From Tagaea sp. (GTDB lineage Bacteria > Pseudomonadota > Alphaproteobacteria > CACIAM-22H2), in assembly GCA_965279525.1 (NCBI GenBank), contig CBDIIB010000002.1, positions 224,001 through 288,000 of the forward strand: a stretch of DNA of 64,000 nt. The letters run 5' to 3'. Numbering within the stretch: position 1 is the stretch's first letter; every line of letters begins with the position of its first letter. The notes beneath the pieces were generated by a model. The model did no database searches and was not told the DNA's origin. It was given only the letters and a program-made list of their open reading frames with translations. Below, piece after piece: positions 40,262-51,200 of this stretch. The translations under genes were made by a program, and so were the position numbers.

Positions 40262-41608
40262 CTACCTGCGCGCAAGCGGGCCGGCAAGCGCCTCGCCGCC
40301 GAACAGACGCGCCGCGGCGTGGATCTCGAGCGCCATGTTCGAGGTCTCGACCAGCGCGTCGTAGCTTTCGATGCCGCGCCGCTCGCAGATCTCGACGAGA
40401 CGCACGAAGATCTCGGCCGTCGCGCGCGCGTCATCGAGGGCGGAATGGCGCCGGCCGATCTCCACGCCCATCCGGCGCGCCAGCGCGTCCAGGCTGTGGT
40501 CGGCAAGGTCGGGAAACAGCCAGCGCGCGATCATCAGCGTGTCGAAGGGCGGATTGTCGATCTCGATCCCCGCCGCCGCGGCAGCGCGGCGCAGGAACGC
40601 GAGGTCGAAGGCGGCGTTGTGGGCGACGAGGACGGCGTCGTGGGCGAACAGCTTGAACGCGCGCGCGGCCTGGGCCGCCGACGGCGCTCCGACGACCGCC
40701 TTGTCGTCGATCCCGTGGAAGACGGTCGAGGCGGCCGGGATCGGGCGGCCGGGATCGACGAGCGTCGTGTAGCTTTCGCCGGCGAGGATGCGCGTGCCCA
40801 GCACGCGGATGGCGCCGACCGACACGATCGCGTCGCTGGCGGTGTCGAGGCCGGTCGTCTCGAGATCGAACACGACATAGGCGAGTGCCGAGAGCTTGCG
40901 CGCACCCACGCGCCCGCCGGCCGGTTTCAGGCGGGCAAGGTCGAAATCGTAGAATTCCGGGCGCGGTGCGGCGGCGGCCGAAGACGAGGCGACCGGTGCG
41001 GAGACGGAGAGGACGTAGGCCTCGCGAGCACCGTCCTCCCCGCGCACCCAGCCGAGCCGGGCCGGATAGGGCCCGCGCCCGTCGCAGAGCGTCACGTCGC
41101 ACGAAACGTTCCCCCCTTCGCCCGCGCGCGCATGCGCCGTCGCGAGTGCCTCCGAGGTTACCAGCGTCGTCAGGTCGCGTTGCAGGCCGACCGGCCCGCA
41201 GGGTGCGAGCAGGTCGTGCGCGCGGTCGTTGAGCAGCAGGATGCGATGATCGGGTGCCGCGACGACGACGGCTTCGTTGAGGTCGCGCAGGATCGCCTCG
41301 AGCCAGCGCCGGTCGTGCGCCAGTTCGGCGTCCGCACCCGCTTGCGCGGCTAGGGCCGCCGAAAGGCGCTCGGTGTCGAGCCGGTGCGCGTCGATCGCGT
41401 CGGCAAGCGGCTTGGCCAGCTTGTGGCGTGCGGCCCGCGCGACGAGACCGGCGGCAAGTGCCACGCCTGCCGCGGCCGAGACGAGCACGCCCGCGAACCC
41501 GGCTTCGTGGCCGCCGCGCGTCAGGCTCCAGTAGAGCGCCGCGAAAAGGCCGGTCCCGGCAAGCACCGCCGTCGCGAGATCGTTGAGGGAAAGCCGGTTC
41601 CTGTCCAT
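40262..41608 (-). CDS. Membrane-anchored PAS-like + DEDDh 3'-5' exonuclease (DnaQ-like)
   Basis: Two N-terminal TMs, LEAIL.DL.EAV PAS-like start, FDLETTG, AHNAAFD, RHSALDDA. Confidence 0.85.
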   Translation of the reverse strand: MDRNRLSLNDLATAVLAGTGLFAALYWSLTRGGHEAGFAGVLVSAAAGVALAAGLVARAARHKLAKPLADAIDAHRLDTERLSAALAAQAGADAELAHDRRWLEAILRDLNEAVVVAAPDHRILLLNDRAHDLLAPCGPVGLQRDLTTLVTSEALATAHARAGEGGNVSCDVTLCDGRGPYPARLGWVRGEDGAREAYVLSVSAPVASSSAAAAPRPEFYDFDLARLKPAGGRVGARKLSALAYVVFDLETTGLDTASDAIVSVGAIRVLGTRILAGESYTTLVDPGRPIPAASTVFHGIDDKAVVGAPSAAQAARAFKLFAHDAVLVAHNAAFDLAFLRRAAAAAGIEIDNPPFDTLMIARWLFPDLADHSLDALARRMGVEIGRRHSALDDARATAEIFVRLVEICERRGIESYDALVETSNMALEIHAAARLFGGEALAGPLARR

Positions 41609-41655
41609 GCCGGCACAGGATAGCGCCCCGCGATGGCCCATGCTATCGAGACGCC

Positions 41656-42822
41656 ATGACCGATCCGAACGCCCCCGGCGGCTGGACGCCGATCCCGATT
41701 TCCGTCCTGACCGGCTTCCTGGGCAGCGGCAAGACCACGCTTCTGGGCCAGCTCCTGCGCCACCCCGGCATGGCCAAGACCGCCGTCATCATCAACGAGT
41801 TCGGCGAGATCGGTCTCGACGACCTGCTGGTGCAGGGCGAGCTTCTGAACCATGTCGATCCGGGTGCGGCGACCCAATTCGTCAAGATGAACGCCGGCTG
41901 CCTGTGCTGCACGGTGCGCGGCGACCTCGAAGTGGCGTTGCGCGACCTCTACCTGAAGCGCGTGCGCGGCCAGGTGCCGGATTTCAAGCGCGTCGTGATC
42001 GAGACGACCGGTCTTGCCGATCCGGCCCCCATCCTGCACACGCTGATGGACGACCCGATCCTCGCGGCCTACTACCGGCTCGACGGCGTGGTCGCCACGG
42101 TCGACGCGGTCAATGCGATGCGCGAGCTCGACGACCAGTTCGAGAGCGTCAAGCAGATCGCCGTCGCCGACCGGCTCGTGCTGACCAAGACCGACATCGC
42201 CGACGCGCACGACGTGGCGCATCTGCGCGCGCGCCTTGCCACGATCAATCCGGGTGCCCCCGTCATCGTCGCGACGATGGGCAAGGCCGATCCGGCCGCC
42301 CTGTTCGATGCCGGTCTCTACGATCCCGCGACCAAGACCGCCGACGTGCGCCGCTGGCTCAACGAAGAAGCCTATGCGGCCGGAAAATCGGCGCCGCACG
42401 GCCACGAGCATGGGCACGACCATCACCACGACCACGATCATGCGCACGGGCACAACCATGGCCACGATCACGCGCACGACATCAACCGGCACGACGACCG
42501 CATCCGCGCGCACTGCCTGGTCATCGACGAACCGCTCGAATGGGACATGGTCGCGGCGTGGCTCGGCAGCCTTGCCCAGTCGCGCGGCCCCGACCTGCTG
42601 CGCATGAAGGGCATCGTCAACGTCGCGGGCGAAACACAGCCCGTGGTGCTGCATGGCGTGCAGCATCTTTTCCACCCGCCGGCGCGCCTGCCGGCCTGGC
42701 CGGACGACGACCGGCGGACCAAGCTTGTCTTCATCACCCGGGACGTGGCGCGCGAGGACATCGAGAAATCGCTCGAGGCATTCCGCACGGACGCCGCGAA
42801 GCGCGCGAGCCTTCGCGCTTGA
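41656..42822 (+). CDS. CobW/COG0523 metallochaperone GTPase
   Basis: GFLGSGKTT, NEFGE, GCLCC, ETTG, His-rich linker, R.KG. Confidence 0.93.
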   Translation: MTDPNAPGGWTPIPISVLTGFLGSGKTTLLGQLLRHPGMAKTAVIINEFGEIGLDDLLVQGELLNHVDPGAATQFVKMNAGCLCCTVRGDLEVALRDLYLKRVRGQVPDFKRVVIETTGLADPAPILHTLMDDPILAAYYRLDGVVATVDAVNAMRELDDQFESVKQIAVADRLVLTKTDIADAHDVAHLRARLATINPGAPVIVATMGKADPAALFDAGLYDPATKTADVRRWLNEEAYAAGKSAPHGHEHGHDHHHDHDHAHGHNHGHDHAHDINRHDDRIRAHCLVIDEPLEWDMVAAWLGSLAQSRGPDLLRMKGIVNVAGETQPVVLHGVQHLFHPPARLPAWPDDDRRTKLVFITRDVAREDIEKSLEAFRTDAAKRASLRA

Positions 42823-42881
42823 TCGCCCGTCGCCGGCTGTGCTATTTCCGGGGCGCTGAAATTCGGAAGGACGATCCAAAG

Positions 42882-44564
42882 ATGGCCGCCTACCAGTACG
42901 TCTACGTGATGAAGCGTCTCGCCAAGGTCTATCCGGGCGGGAAGAAGGTTCTGGACGACATCTGGCTGTCCTTCATGCCGGGCGCCAAGATCGGCGTGCT
43001 CGGCCTCAACGGGTCGGGCAAGTCGACGCTGCTCAAGATCATGGCCGGACGCGATCCGGATACCGGGGGCGAGCACTTCCTCGCCGAGGGCGCCACCTGC
43101 GGCTATCTCGAGCAGGAGCCGCATCTCGACCCGAAGAAGACGGTGGCCCAGAACGTCATGGAGGGGCTCGGCCCCCTGAAGACGATGGTCGACCGCTTCG
43201 AGGAAGTGTCGAACAAGCTGGGCGAAGTCACCGACGATGACGAGATGAACGCGCTGCTCGCCGAACAGGCCGAGCTGCAGGAAACCATCGACGCCGCGAA
43301 CGCGTGGGATCTCAACCGCACGATCGAGATCGCGATGGATGCGCTGCGCTGCCCGCCGGGCGACGCGGAAGTGACCAAGCTTTCGGGCGGCGAGCGCCGG
43401 CGCGTGGCGCTGTGCCGCCTGCTGCTCCAGAAACCCGACCTGCTGCTGCTCGACGAACCGACCAACCATCTCGATGCCGAATCGGTCGCCTGGCTCGAGC
43501 GCTTCCTGCACGAGTATCCGGGCTGCGTCGTGGCCGTCACGCACGACCGCTACTTCCTCGACAACGTCGCCGGCTGGATCCTCGAACTCGACCGCGGCAA
43601 GGGCATTCCGTGGGAAGGCAACTACTCGTCGTGGCTCGACCAGAAGCAGAAGCGGCTGGCGCTCGAGGAAAAGCAGGAGACGAACCGCCAGAAGACGCTC
43701 GAACGCGAGCTCGAATGGATCAAGTCGAGCCCGCGCGCCCGCCAGGCCAAGAACAAGGCGCGCATCCAGGCCTACGACGCGCTGGTCGCCGAAGAACGCG
43801 ACCGGGCGCCGGAAAGCGTGCAGATCGCCATCGCCCCGGGCCCTCGCCTGGGCAACACGGTCGTCAACGCCGAGAAGCTCACCAAGGGCTTCGGCGACGT
43901 GCTGCTGATCGACAAGCTCGACTTCCGCATGCCGGCCGGCGGCATCGTGGGCATCATCGGCCCGAACGGTGCCGGCAAGACGACGCTGTTCCGCATGCTC
44001 GTGGGCCAGGACAAGCCGGATTCAGGCACGCTGACGATCGGCGACACGGTCAAGTTCGGCTATGTCGACCAGAGCCGCGATTCGCTCGATGCGAACAAGA
44101 CCGTCTGGGAAGAGGTCTCGGGCGGCGACGACATCCTCGTCATCGGCGGCAGGAACGTGCCGAGCCGGGCCTATGTCGCGTCGTTCAATTTCAAGGGAGC
44201 CGACCAGCAGAAGAAGGTCGGGCAGCTGTCGGGCGGCGAACGCAACCGCCTGCAGCTCGCCAAGATGCTGAAGGCCGGCTCGAACGTGCTGCTGCTCGAC
44301 GAACCGACCAACGATCTCGACGTCGACACGCTGCGCGCACTTGAAGAAGCGCTGCTCGGCTATTCGGGCTGCGTCATGGTGATCAGCCACGACCGCTGGT
44401 TCCTCGACCGCGTCGCCACGCACATCCTGAGCTTCGAGGGCGACAGCCAGGTCGTCTGGTTCGAGGGCAACTACCAGGATTACGAGGCCGACAAGAAGCG
44501 CCGCCTGGGTGCGGACGCCGACCAGCCGCACCGGATCAAGTACAAGCCGCTGACCAGGGATTGA
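42882..44564 (+). CDS. ettA: Energy-dependent translational throttle (ABC-F)
   Basis: Tandem ABC domains, GAKIGVLG.NG.GKSTL, C-terminal PHRIKYK. Confidence 0.95.
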   Translation: MAAYQYVYVMKRLAKVYPGGKKVLDDIWLSFMPGAKIGVLGLNGSGKSTLLKIMAGRDPDTGGEHFLAEGATCGYLEQEPHLDPKKTVAQNVMEGLGPLKTMVDRFEEVSNKLGEVTDDDEMNALLAEQAELQETIDAANAWDLNRTIEIAMDALRCPPGDAEVTKLSGGERRRVALCRLLLQKPDLLLLDEPTNHLDAESVAWLERFLHEYPGCVVAVTHDRYFLDNVAGWILELDRGKGIPWEGNYSSWLDQKQKRLALEEKQETNRQKTLERELEWIKSSPRARQAKNKARIQAYDALVAEERDRAPESVQIAIAPGPRLGNTVVNAEKLTKGFGDVLLIDKLDFRMPAGGIVGIIGPNGAGKTTLFRMLVGQDKPDSGTLTIGDTVKFGYVDQSRDSLDANKTVWEEVSGGDDILVIGGRNVPSRAYVASFNFKGADQQKKVGQLSGGERNRLQLAKMLKAGSNVLLLDEPTNDLDVDTLRALEEALLGYSGCVMVISHDRWFLDRVATHILSFEGDSQVVWFEGNYQDYEADKKRRLGADADQPHRIKYKPLTRD

Positions 44565-44583
44565 GGCCCGCAACGGGCCCGGC

Positions 44584-45204
44584 TCAGCTCTTGCCGGGCG
44601 TCCCTGTCTTGCCGCGCAGCGCTTCGATCAGCGCGCTGAGGCGCCCGCCGTTGCGCTGGATCGTCGACGAAAAGTCGTCGCGCTGCGTGATGACCATGCT
44701 GACATCCTCGATGATGACGTCGATGATCCGCCAGCCGCCCGGGTTGCTCGGCCGCAGGCGCCAGGCCACGCGCACGGGTGCTCCCTGGGCACGCACGAAC
44801 TCCGACGAGACGAACACTTCTCCGTCGTCGCCGCGGCGCGAACCGGTCGTGCGGATGGCTTCGCCGCCGTAGTCGGCAAAGCGCGTCGCGTAGGACGCGA
44901 CGATGAAATCCTCGAACGCCTTGAGGTATTCGGTGCGGTCGGCTTCGCTCGCGGTCCGCCACGGCGTGCCGAGCGCGAAGCGCCCGATCGTGGGTACGTC
45001 GAAGGTTTCAGTGAACAGCGTGCGGAAGCGCGCGGCACGGTCGGCGTTGTCGATGTCCTTGGCCGTCAGCCCGACGATCGCGCGCTGCGCCAGGGAATCG
45101 ATGAAGGCAGTCGCTTCGGGAACGGCGTTCTGAGCGCCGACCGGTGCCGCAAAGACGAAGCTGGCGACTGCCGCAAGTGCCGCGATGAAATTGCGCCGGA
45201 TCAT
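44584..45204 (-). CDS. mlaC: Phospholipid-binding protein MlaC/Ttg2D
   Basis: Signal peptide, FALG..WR, W.IIDV.IE.VS...TQR.DF. Confidence 0.88.
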   Translation of the reverse strand: MIRRNFIAALAAVASFVFAAPVGAQNAVPEATAFIDSLAQRAIVGLTAKDIDNADRAARFRTLFTETFDVPTIGRFALGTPWRTASEADRTEYLKAFEDFIVASYATRFADYGGEAIRTTGSRRGDDGEVFVSSEFVRAQGAPVRVAWRLRPSNPGGWRIIDVIIEDVSMVITQRDDFSSTIQRNGGRLSALIEALRGKTGTPGKS

Positions 45205-45216
45205 CGTTCCGGCGCC

Positions 45217-46050
45217 TCAGCGCGGAACTTCGGCGCGCGGCCCCGAGCCGCCGATGCCTTCGTACTCCGTCATGCGCGGCGACGGCGGGCTCGAACCGGG
45301 TGCTGCATTGCGGATCTCGCTGCGCCGCCGTTCGACCGAGATCCGGCGCACGGTGGCGTACAGGTCGGTCGCCGAGCGTTCGACGTCTTCGATCTGCTGG
45401 CGGTTGGCATCGCGGTAGTGGACGGCGGTGAGGCCACCGCGCGCCGGCGAGGCCCAGTTGGCATCGGCGCCGCGGGTCACGAGATTGAACGGATCGAGGA
45501 ACGCGTCGACGACCAGGCCGACGGCATCGCGCCCGTTCGACGGGCCGAAGACGGGCAGCATCAGATAAGGGCCGTCGTTGGTTCCCCAGCGCGCGAACGT
45601 CTGGCCAGACTCTTCCTCATGCTGGACGAAGCCCATGTCCGCAGCCGGATCGAAAACGCCGAAAAACCCGATGAAGGTATTGATGAAGAAACGCGCGACG
45701 GCCGTGCCGGCGCGGTTGCCCTCGCCCTGCAGCCCGTCGTTGATCGCGGTCCACGGATTGCGCAGGTTGCCGAGGAAGTTGCCGGTGCCGGTGCGCACGC
45801 CCTGCGGCAGCATTCCGTACCATGCGGCCATCGGCTTCAGCGCGATCGTATCGAGGAAGCGGTTGACCTCGAAGAAGTAGCGGTTCATCGGCTCGAGCGG
45901 ATCCCAGATCTCGTCGCCGGCCTGGACATTGTTGGCCTGCGCGACGTTGCGCCCATCGGCCTGTGCAACCGGAGCCAGCAGCAGGAAAACCGCAAGGAAT
46001 GGCGAGATCAGGAGCCACAAAGGGCGTCGGGTGGAGCGGGAGGCGGACAT
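45217..46050 (-). CDS. mlaA: MlaA/VacJ family protein
   Basis: DPLE.MNR, RFFINT..G..G.FD, GQT...WG...GPYL.LP.FGPS..RD. Confidence 0.9.
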   Translation of the reverse strand: MSASRSTRRPLWLLISPFLAVFLLLAPVAQADGRNVAQANNVQAGDEIWDPLEPMNRYFFEVNRFLDTIALKPMAAWYGMLPQGVRTGTGNFLGNLRNPWTAINDGLQGEGNRAGTAVARFFINTFIGFFGVFDPAADMGFVQHEEESGQTFARWGTNDGPYLMLPVFGPSNGRDAVGLVVDAFLDPFNLVTRGADANWASPARGGLTAVHYRDANRQQIEDVERSATDLYATVRRISVERRRSEIRNAAPGSSPPSPRMTEYEGIGGSGPRAEVPR

Positions 46051-46309
46051 CTGGACGGCGATACCCTTCGAAGCTGAATGCTGTTCCGCGCAAGATACGC
46101 TCGAAGCCTTACGAGAGCGTGAATGCCGCACGGCTTCTTGATTGATCCGATGATTTCCATCGATTCGATCAGGAAGCAGTGATTGTTATCACAGCGCCGT
46201 CCGGCAGGACCAGTACCCGGGGCGGGGCCGCAAAGGTTAACGCGGCGATGTTGCGGAATAGGCACACACGCCGGACCGTTTCCACAACGGCTGTAATATT
46301 GACTAAAAG

Positions 46310-46329
46310 ATATAAGCATGTCTTTATGT
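46310..46329 (+). promoter_or_regulatory. Probable SahR-type operator overlapping the promoter
   Basis: Imperfect palindrome ATATAAGCATGTCTTTATGT, just downstream of TTGACT (46299-46304). Confidence 0.6.
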
Positions 46330-46348
46330 TTGATCTTGAGGATATGAC

Positions 46349-47308
46349 GTGACCCAGACACTCGACGCTCTCCTGGATGGCCTGCGCGCCGCTGCCGAAC
46401 CCACGCGGTTGCGGCTGCTGGCGTTGTGCGCGCAAGGGGAACTGACGGTCAGCGAGCTTGTCCACATTCTCGGCCAGAGCCAGCCGCGCGTGTCGCGGCA
46501 CCTGAAGCTGCTGTGCGATGCGGGCCTGCTCGACCGGCAACCCGAGGGCAGCTGGGTCTTCTACCGGATGGCCGAAGGATCGAGGGCCAACGGCCTCGTG
46601 CGCCGGCTCGCCGACATGCTGCCGCAGGACGACGTGCAGCTGCTGCGTGACCGCGAGGGGCTAGCGACCGTCCGGCGCGTGCGCGCGGAGCGTGCCGCCG
46701 CCTATTTCGATGCCAATGCCGGAGGCTGGGACCGGATCCGTTCGCTGCACGTGCGCGACGACGAGGTCGAGCGCGAACTCGCGGCCCTGCTGCCGGCCGG
46801 GCCCGGCACTGAAATTCTCGACATCGGCACGGGTACCGGGCGCATCCTCGAACTCATGGGGACGAGCGGCGCTCGCGGCGTGGGCATCGACCAGTCGGCC
46901 GAGATGCTGCGCATCGCACGCGCCAATCTCGCCAAGGCCGGTCTTGCCAACGTCCATGTCCGTCAGGGCGACATGTACAGGCTGCCGTGGCGCGATCCGG
47001 CGTTCGATGCCGTGACCGTCCACCAGGTGCTGCATTTCGCCGACTACCCGGCCCTCGCGATCGCGGAAGCCGCGCGCGTGCTCAAGCCGGGCGGGCGGAT
47101 CGTCATCGCCGATTTCGCCCCCCACGAGCTTGATGCGCTGCGCACCGAGCACGCGCACCGGCGGCTGGGTTTCGCCGATGCGGAAGTGCAAGGCTGGCTG
47201 CGCGCCGCCGGCCTCGATCCCGCCCAAACCGTCGCCCTGCCGGGCGAGAAACTGACCGTCTGCCTGTGGGCCGCCGACAAGCCCGCAGCGATTCCCACGA
47301 CCCACTGA
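46349..47308 (+). CDS. ArsR-HTH + SAM methyltransferase-domain regulator (SahR-like)
   Basis: SQPRVSRHLKLL HTH, LDIGTGTG SAM motif. First gene of the metF-metH operon. Confidence 0.9.
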   Translation: MTQTLDALLDGLRAAAEPTRLRLLALCAQGELTVSELVHILGQSQPRVSRHLKLLCDAGLLDRQPEGSWVFYRMAEGSRANGLVRRLADMLPQDDVQLLRDREGLATVRRVRAERAAAYFDANAGGWDRIRSLHVRDDEVERELAALLPAGPGTEILDIGTGTGRILELMGTSGARGVGIDQSAEMLRIARANLAKAGLANVHVRQGDMYRLPWRDPAFDAVTVHQVLHFADYPALAIAEAARVLKPGGRIVIADFAPHELDALRTEHAHRRLGFADAEVQGWLRAAGLDPAQTVALPGEKLTVCLWAADKPAAIPTTH

Positions 47309-47328
47309 GCACGAAGGAAGCGCATTCC

Positions 47329-48231
47329 ATGTCAAACCGACTGTTCGGCGACGACCGCCTGGCCGGCAAGCTCAATGTCAGCTTCGAGTTCTTCCCGCCG
47401 AAGAACGAGGAGATGGACAAGCAGCTCTGGACATCGCTCGAGCGTCTCGCCCCCATGGGTCCGCGCTTCGTGTCGGTCACCTACGGGGCCGGCGGCACCA
47501 CGCGCGAGCGCACGCACGCGGTCGTCAAGCGCATCGCGCAGGAAACCAAGATCAAGCCGGCAGCGCACCTTACCTGCGTGGCCGCGACGCGCGCCGAGAT
47601 CGACGATGTCGTGCGCGCCTACTGGGAAGCGGGCGTGCGCCACATCGTGGCGCTGCGCGGCGACCCGCCGGCCGGCCAGACGCGCTATACGCCGCACCCC
47701 GGCGGCTATGCCTATGCGAACGACCTCATCGCCGGCATCAAGAAGATCGGCGATTTCGAGATTTCCGTCGGCGCCTATCCCGAGGCGCACCCCGACGCGC
47801 CGTCGCCGGAAGCCGATCTCGATTATCTGAAGGCCAAGCTCGATGCCGGCGCCACGCGCGCGATCACGCAGTATTTCTTCGATACCGACGTCTATCTGCG
47901 CTATCGCGACCGCTGTGCGGCACGCGGCATCAGCGCCGAGATCGTGCCGGGCATCCTGCCGGTGACGAATTTCGGCCAGGTCGTCAAATTCTCGAAGATG
48001 TGCGGGGCTTCGGTGCCGCTGTGGCTCGCCCATATCTTCGAAGGGCTCGACAACGATCCCGACACGCGCCGCCTCGTCGCCGCGATGGTGGCGGCCGAGC
48101 AGTGCCGCCGGCTCCAGGCGCACGGCGTGTCGACCTTCCACTTCTACACGCTCAACCGCGCCGACCTCGCCTATTCGATCTGCCACGTGCTGGGCCTCAG
48201 GCCCGTCGCGAGTGCCGTGAAAGCCGCCTGA
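47329..48231 (+). CDS. metF: 5,10-methylenetetrahydrofolate reductase
   Basis: SFEFFPPK, SVTYGAGG, ALRGD, ITQYFF, HFYTLN. Confidence 0.97.
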   Translation: MSNRLFGDDRLAGKLNVSFEFFPPKNEEMDKQLWTSLERLAPMGPRFVSVTYGAGGTTRERTHAVVKRIAQETKIKPAAHLTCVAATRAEIDDVVRAYWEAGVRHIVALRGDPPAGQTRYTPHPGGYAYANDLIAGIKKIGDFEISVGAYPEAHPDAPSPEADLDYLKAKLDAGATRAITQYFFDTDVYLRYRDRCAARGISAEIVPGILPVTNFGQVVKFSKMCGASVPLWLAHIFEGLDNDPDTRRLVAAMVAAEQCRRLQAHGVSTFHFYTLNRADLAYSICHVLGLRPVASAVKAA

Positions 48232-48244
48232 AGGAACCAACGCC

Positions 48245-51200
48245 ATGCGCCCCCATCTTCTGGATACCCTCAAGGACCGCGTGCTGCTGTGCGACGGCGG
48301 AACCGGCAGCCGCGTCCAGGCGATGACGCTCGACGTCGAGCGGGACTACTGGGGCAAGGAGAACTGCACCGAGGTGCTCGTGCTCTCGCGGCCCGACCTC
48401 GTGCGCTCGATCGCGCGTTCGTACCTGGAAGCCGGCTCCGACATCGTTCAGACCAACACGTTCGGCGGCTCGCCGATCACGCTCGACGAGTTCGACCTCG
48501 GCGACAAGACGCACGAGATCAACAAGCTCGCCGTCGAGTATGCGCGCGAAGAGGCGGAAGCGTTCGCGAAGAAGGACGGCAATCCGCGCTTCGTGCTGGG
48601 TTCCATCGGGCCGGGCACCAAGCTGCCGACGCTCGGCCATATCGACTACCAGTCCCTCGAGGACGCGCTCTATGTGCAGGCCCGCGGCCTGGTCGACGGC
48701 GGGTGCGACGGCATCCTGATCGAGACTTGCCAGGATCCCCTGCAGATCAAGGCCGCGATCAACGGCTCGAAGCGCGCGCGCCTCGAATACGGCCGCGACG
48801 TGCCGCTGATGGTGCAGGTGACGGTCGAGACGACCGGCACGCTGCTCGTGGGTGCCGACATCGCCGCCGCCGCGACCGTCATCCACGCGATGGACGTGCA
48901 TTCGATCGGGCTCAATTGCGCGACGGGCCCGCAGGAGATGGCCGAACACGTCAAGTGGATCGCCGAGAACTGGACCGGCACGATCACCGTGCAGCCCAAT
49001 GCCGGCCTGCCCGAGCTGGTCGACGGCAAGACGCACTATCCGCTTGCCCCCGACGCGATGGCCAAGTGGATCGAGCGCTTCGTCGCCGAGGACGGCATCA
49101 ACATCGTCGGTGGCTGCTGCGGCACCGACATCGGCCACATCGCGGCCCTGGACGCCATGCTGCGCCGGCGTGCCGACGGCGGACGCCATCGCCCCGCGCC
49201 CAAGGCACGCAAGTCGGTCTGGGTCCCGTCGGTCGCCTCGCTCTACCACCAGGTGCCGCTGCGCCAGGAGAACGCGTATTTCTCGATCGGCGAGCGCTGC
49301 AACGCCAACGGCTCGCGCGCATGGCGCAAGTTCCAGGAAGAGGGCAACTGGGAAGGCTGCCTCGACATGGCGCGCGAACAGGTGCGCGAAGGCTCCAACG
49401 CGCTCGACATCTGCACCGCCTTCGTCGGTCGCGACGAGGTCAAGGAAATGGGCGAGGTCGTCAGCCGCTTCCGCGGCTCGGTGACGGCACCGCTGGTCGT
49501 CGATTCGACCGAGCTGATCGTGCTGGAAAGTGCCCTCAAGCTCTATGGCGGCAAGGCGATCCTCAACTCGATCAACTTCGAGGACGGCGAGGAGCCGGCC
49601 GAGAAGCGCATGGAACTGGCGCGCCGGTTCGGCACGGCCGTCATCGCGCTGACGATCGACGAGACCGGCATGGCCAAGGACATGAAGACCAAGCTCGCCA
49701 TCGCGCACCGCCTGCGCGATTTCGCGTGCGGGCGCTTCGGCCTGCCCGAGTCCGACCTGATGATCGATCCGCTGACCTTCACGGTCGCGACCGGCAGCGA
49801 GGACGATCGCCGGCTTGCCGTCGAAACGCTCGACGGCATCGAGGCGATCGCGCGCGAGCTGCCCGCCTGCCAGATCGTTCTGGGCCTGTCGAACGTGTCG
49901 TTCGGGCTCAACCCGCCGGCCCGTCACGTGCTCAATTCCGTGTTCCTCGACCATGCGGTCAAGCGCGGCATGACCGGTGCGATCGTGCACCACTCGAAGA
50001 TCATGCCGCTTCACAAGATCCCCGAGGAAGAGACGAAAGTCGCCGAGGACCTGATCTATGACCGCCGGCGCGAAGGTTACGACCCGCTGCAGGCGTTCAT
50101 CGCGCTTTTCGAGAACCGCAAGGGCGAAGCCAAGGTCGCGCGCAAGCGCCACGAGGCGGTCGAGGACCGGCTCAAGCAGCGCATCGTCGACGGCGACAAG
50201 CCCGGGCTCGAGGACGATCTGGCGCTGGCCATGCAGAGCCACAAGCCGCTCGACATCATCAACACCTTCCTGCTCGACGGCATGAAGGTGGTGGGCGAGC
50301 TGTTCGGTTCGGGCAAGATGCAGCTCCCCTTCGTGCTGCAGTCGGCCGAGACGATGAAGGCGGCCGTCGCCTATCTCGAGAAGTTCATGGAGCGCGTCGA
50401 GGGCCAGCAGAAGGGCACGATCGTGCTCGCCACGGTCAAGGGCGACGTGCACGACATCGGCAAGAACCTCGTCGACATCATCCTCACCAACAACGGCTAC
50501 AAGGTCGTCAATCTCGGCATCAAGCAGCCCATCGCCAACATCGTGTCGGCGGCCAAGACGCATAAGGCCGACTGCATCGGCATGTCGGGCCTGCTCGTGA
50601 AGTCGACGGTCGTGATGCGCGAGAATCTCGAAGAGATGACGCGCGAGGGGCTCGACGTGCCGGTCCTGCTGGGCGGTGCCGCACTCACGCGCAAATACGT
50701 CGAGGAAGACTGCGTGGCCGCCTACGGGGCGGGGCGCGTGGCCTATGCGTCCGACGCGTTCGACGGGCTTGACCTCATGGACAAGGTCGTCACGCACCAG
50801 ATCGACGGGCACTTGAAGACCATCCAGACCAAGCGCGCCGGCCGGCCGTCGAACACGACGCGCAAGCTGGGCGAGGCTGCCGACGCGCGCCCGATGCGGC
50901 CTGTCGATGTCGAGGAACTGAAGCTGCGCCGTGCGGAACTTGCCGCCAAGGCGCCGATCCCCGCACCGCCGTTCTGGGGCCCGCGCACGCTCGACCATGT
51001 GCCGGTCAAGACGCTGATCCCGTATCTCAACGAGCGGATGCTCTACCAGTTCCAGTGGGGCTTCCGGAAGGCGGGCAAGAGTCTCGAGGAATACAAGGCG
51101 TGGGCCGCACTCGAACTCAAGCCCATCCTCAAGCGCATGCTCGACCTGGTCGAAGCCGACGCGATCTTGAAGCCGCAGGCGGTCTACGGCTACTGGCGCT

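Noticed and set aside
40262-41608. Calling the exonuclease dnaQ
   Set aside because: TM helices and a PAS-like domain are inconsistent with the Pol III epsilon subunit.
42400-42495. CACGAC/CATGGC-type repeats
   Set aside because: They encode the His-rich linker of the COG0523 protein and are not a DNA repeat element.
46140-46348. SAM riboswitch upstream of the met operon
   Set aside because: No recognisable SAM-II or SAM-SAH core, and the leader is too short. A protein operator explains the region better.
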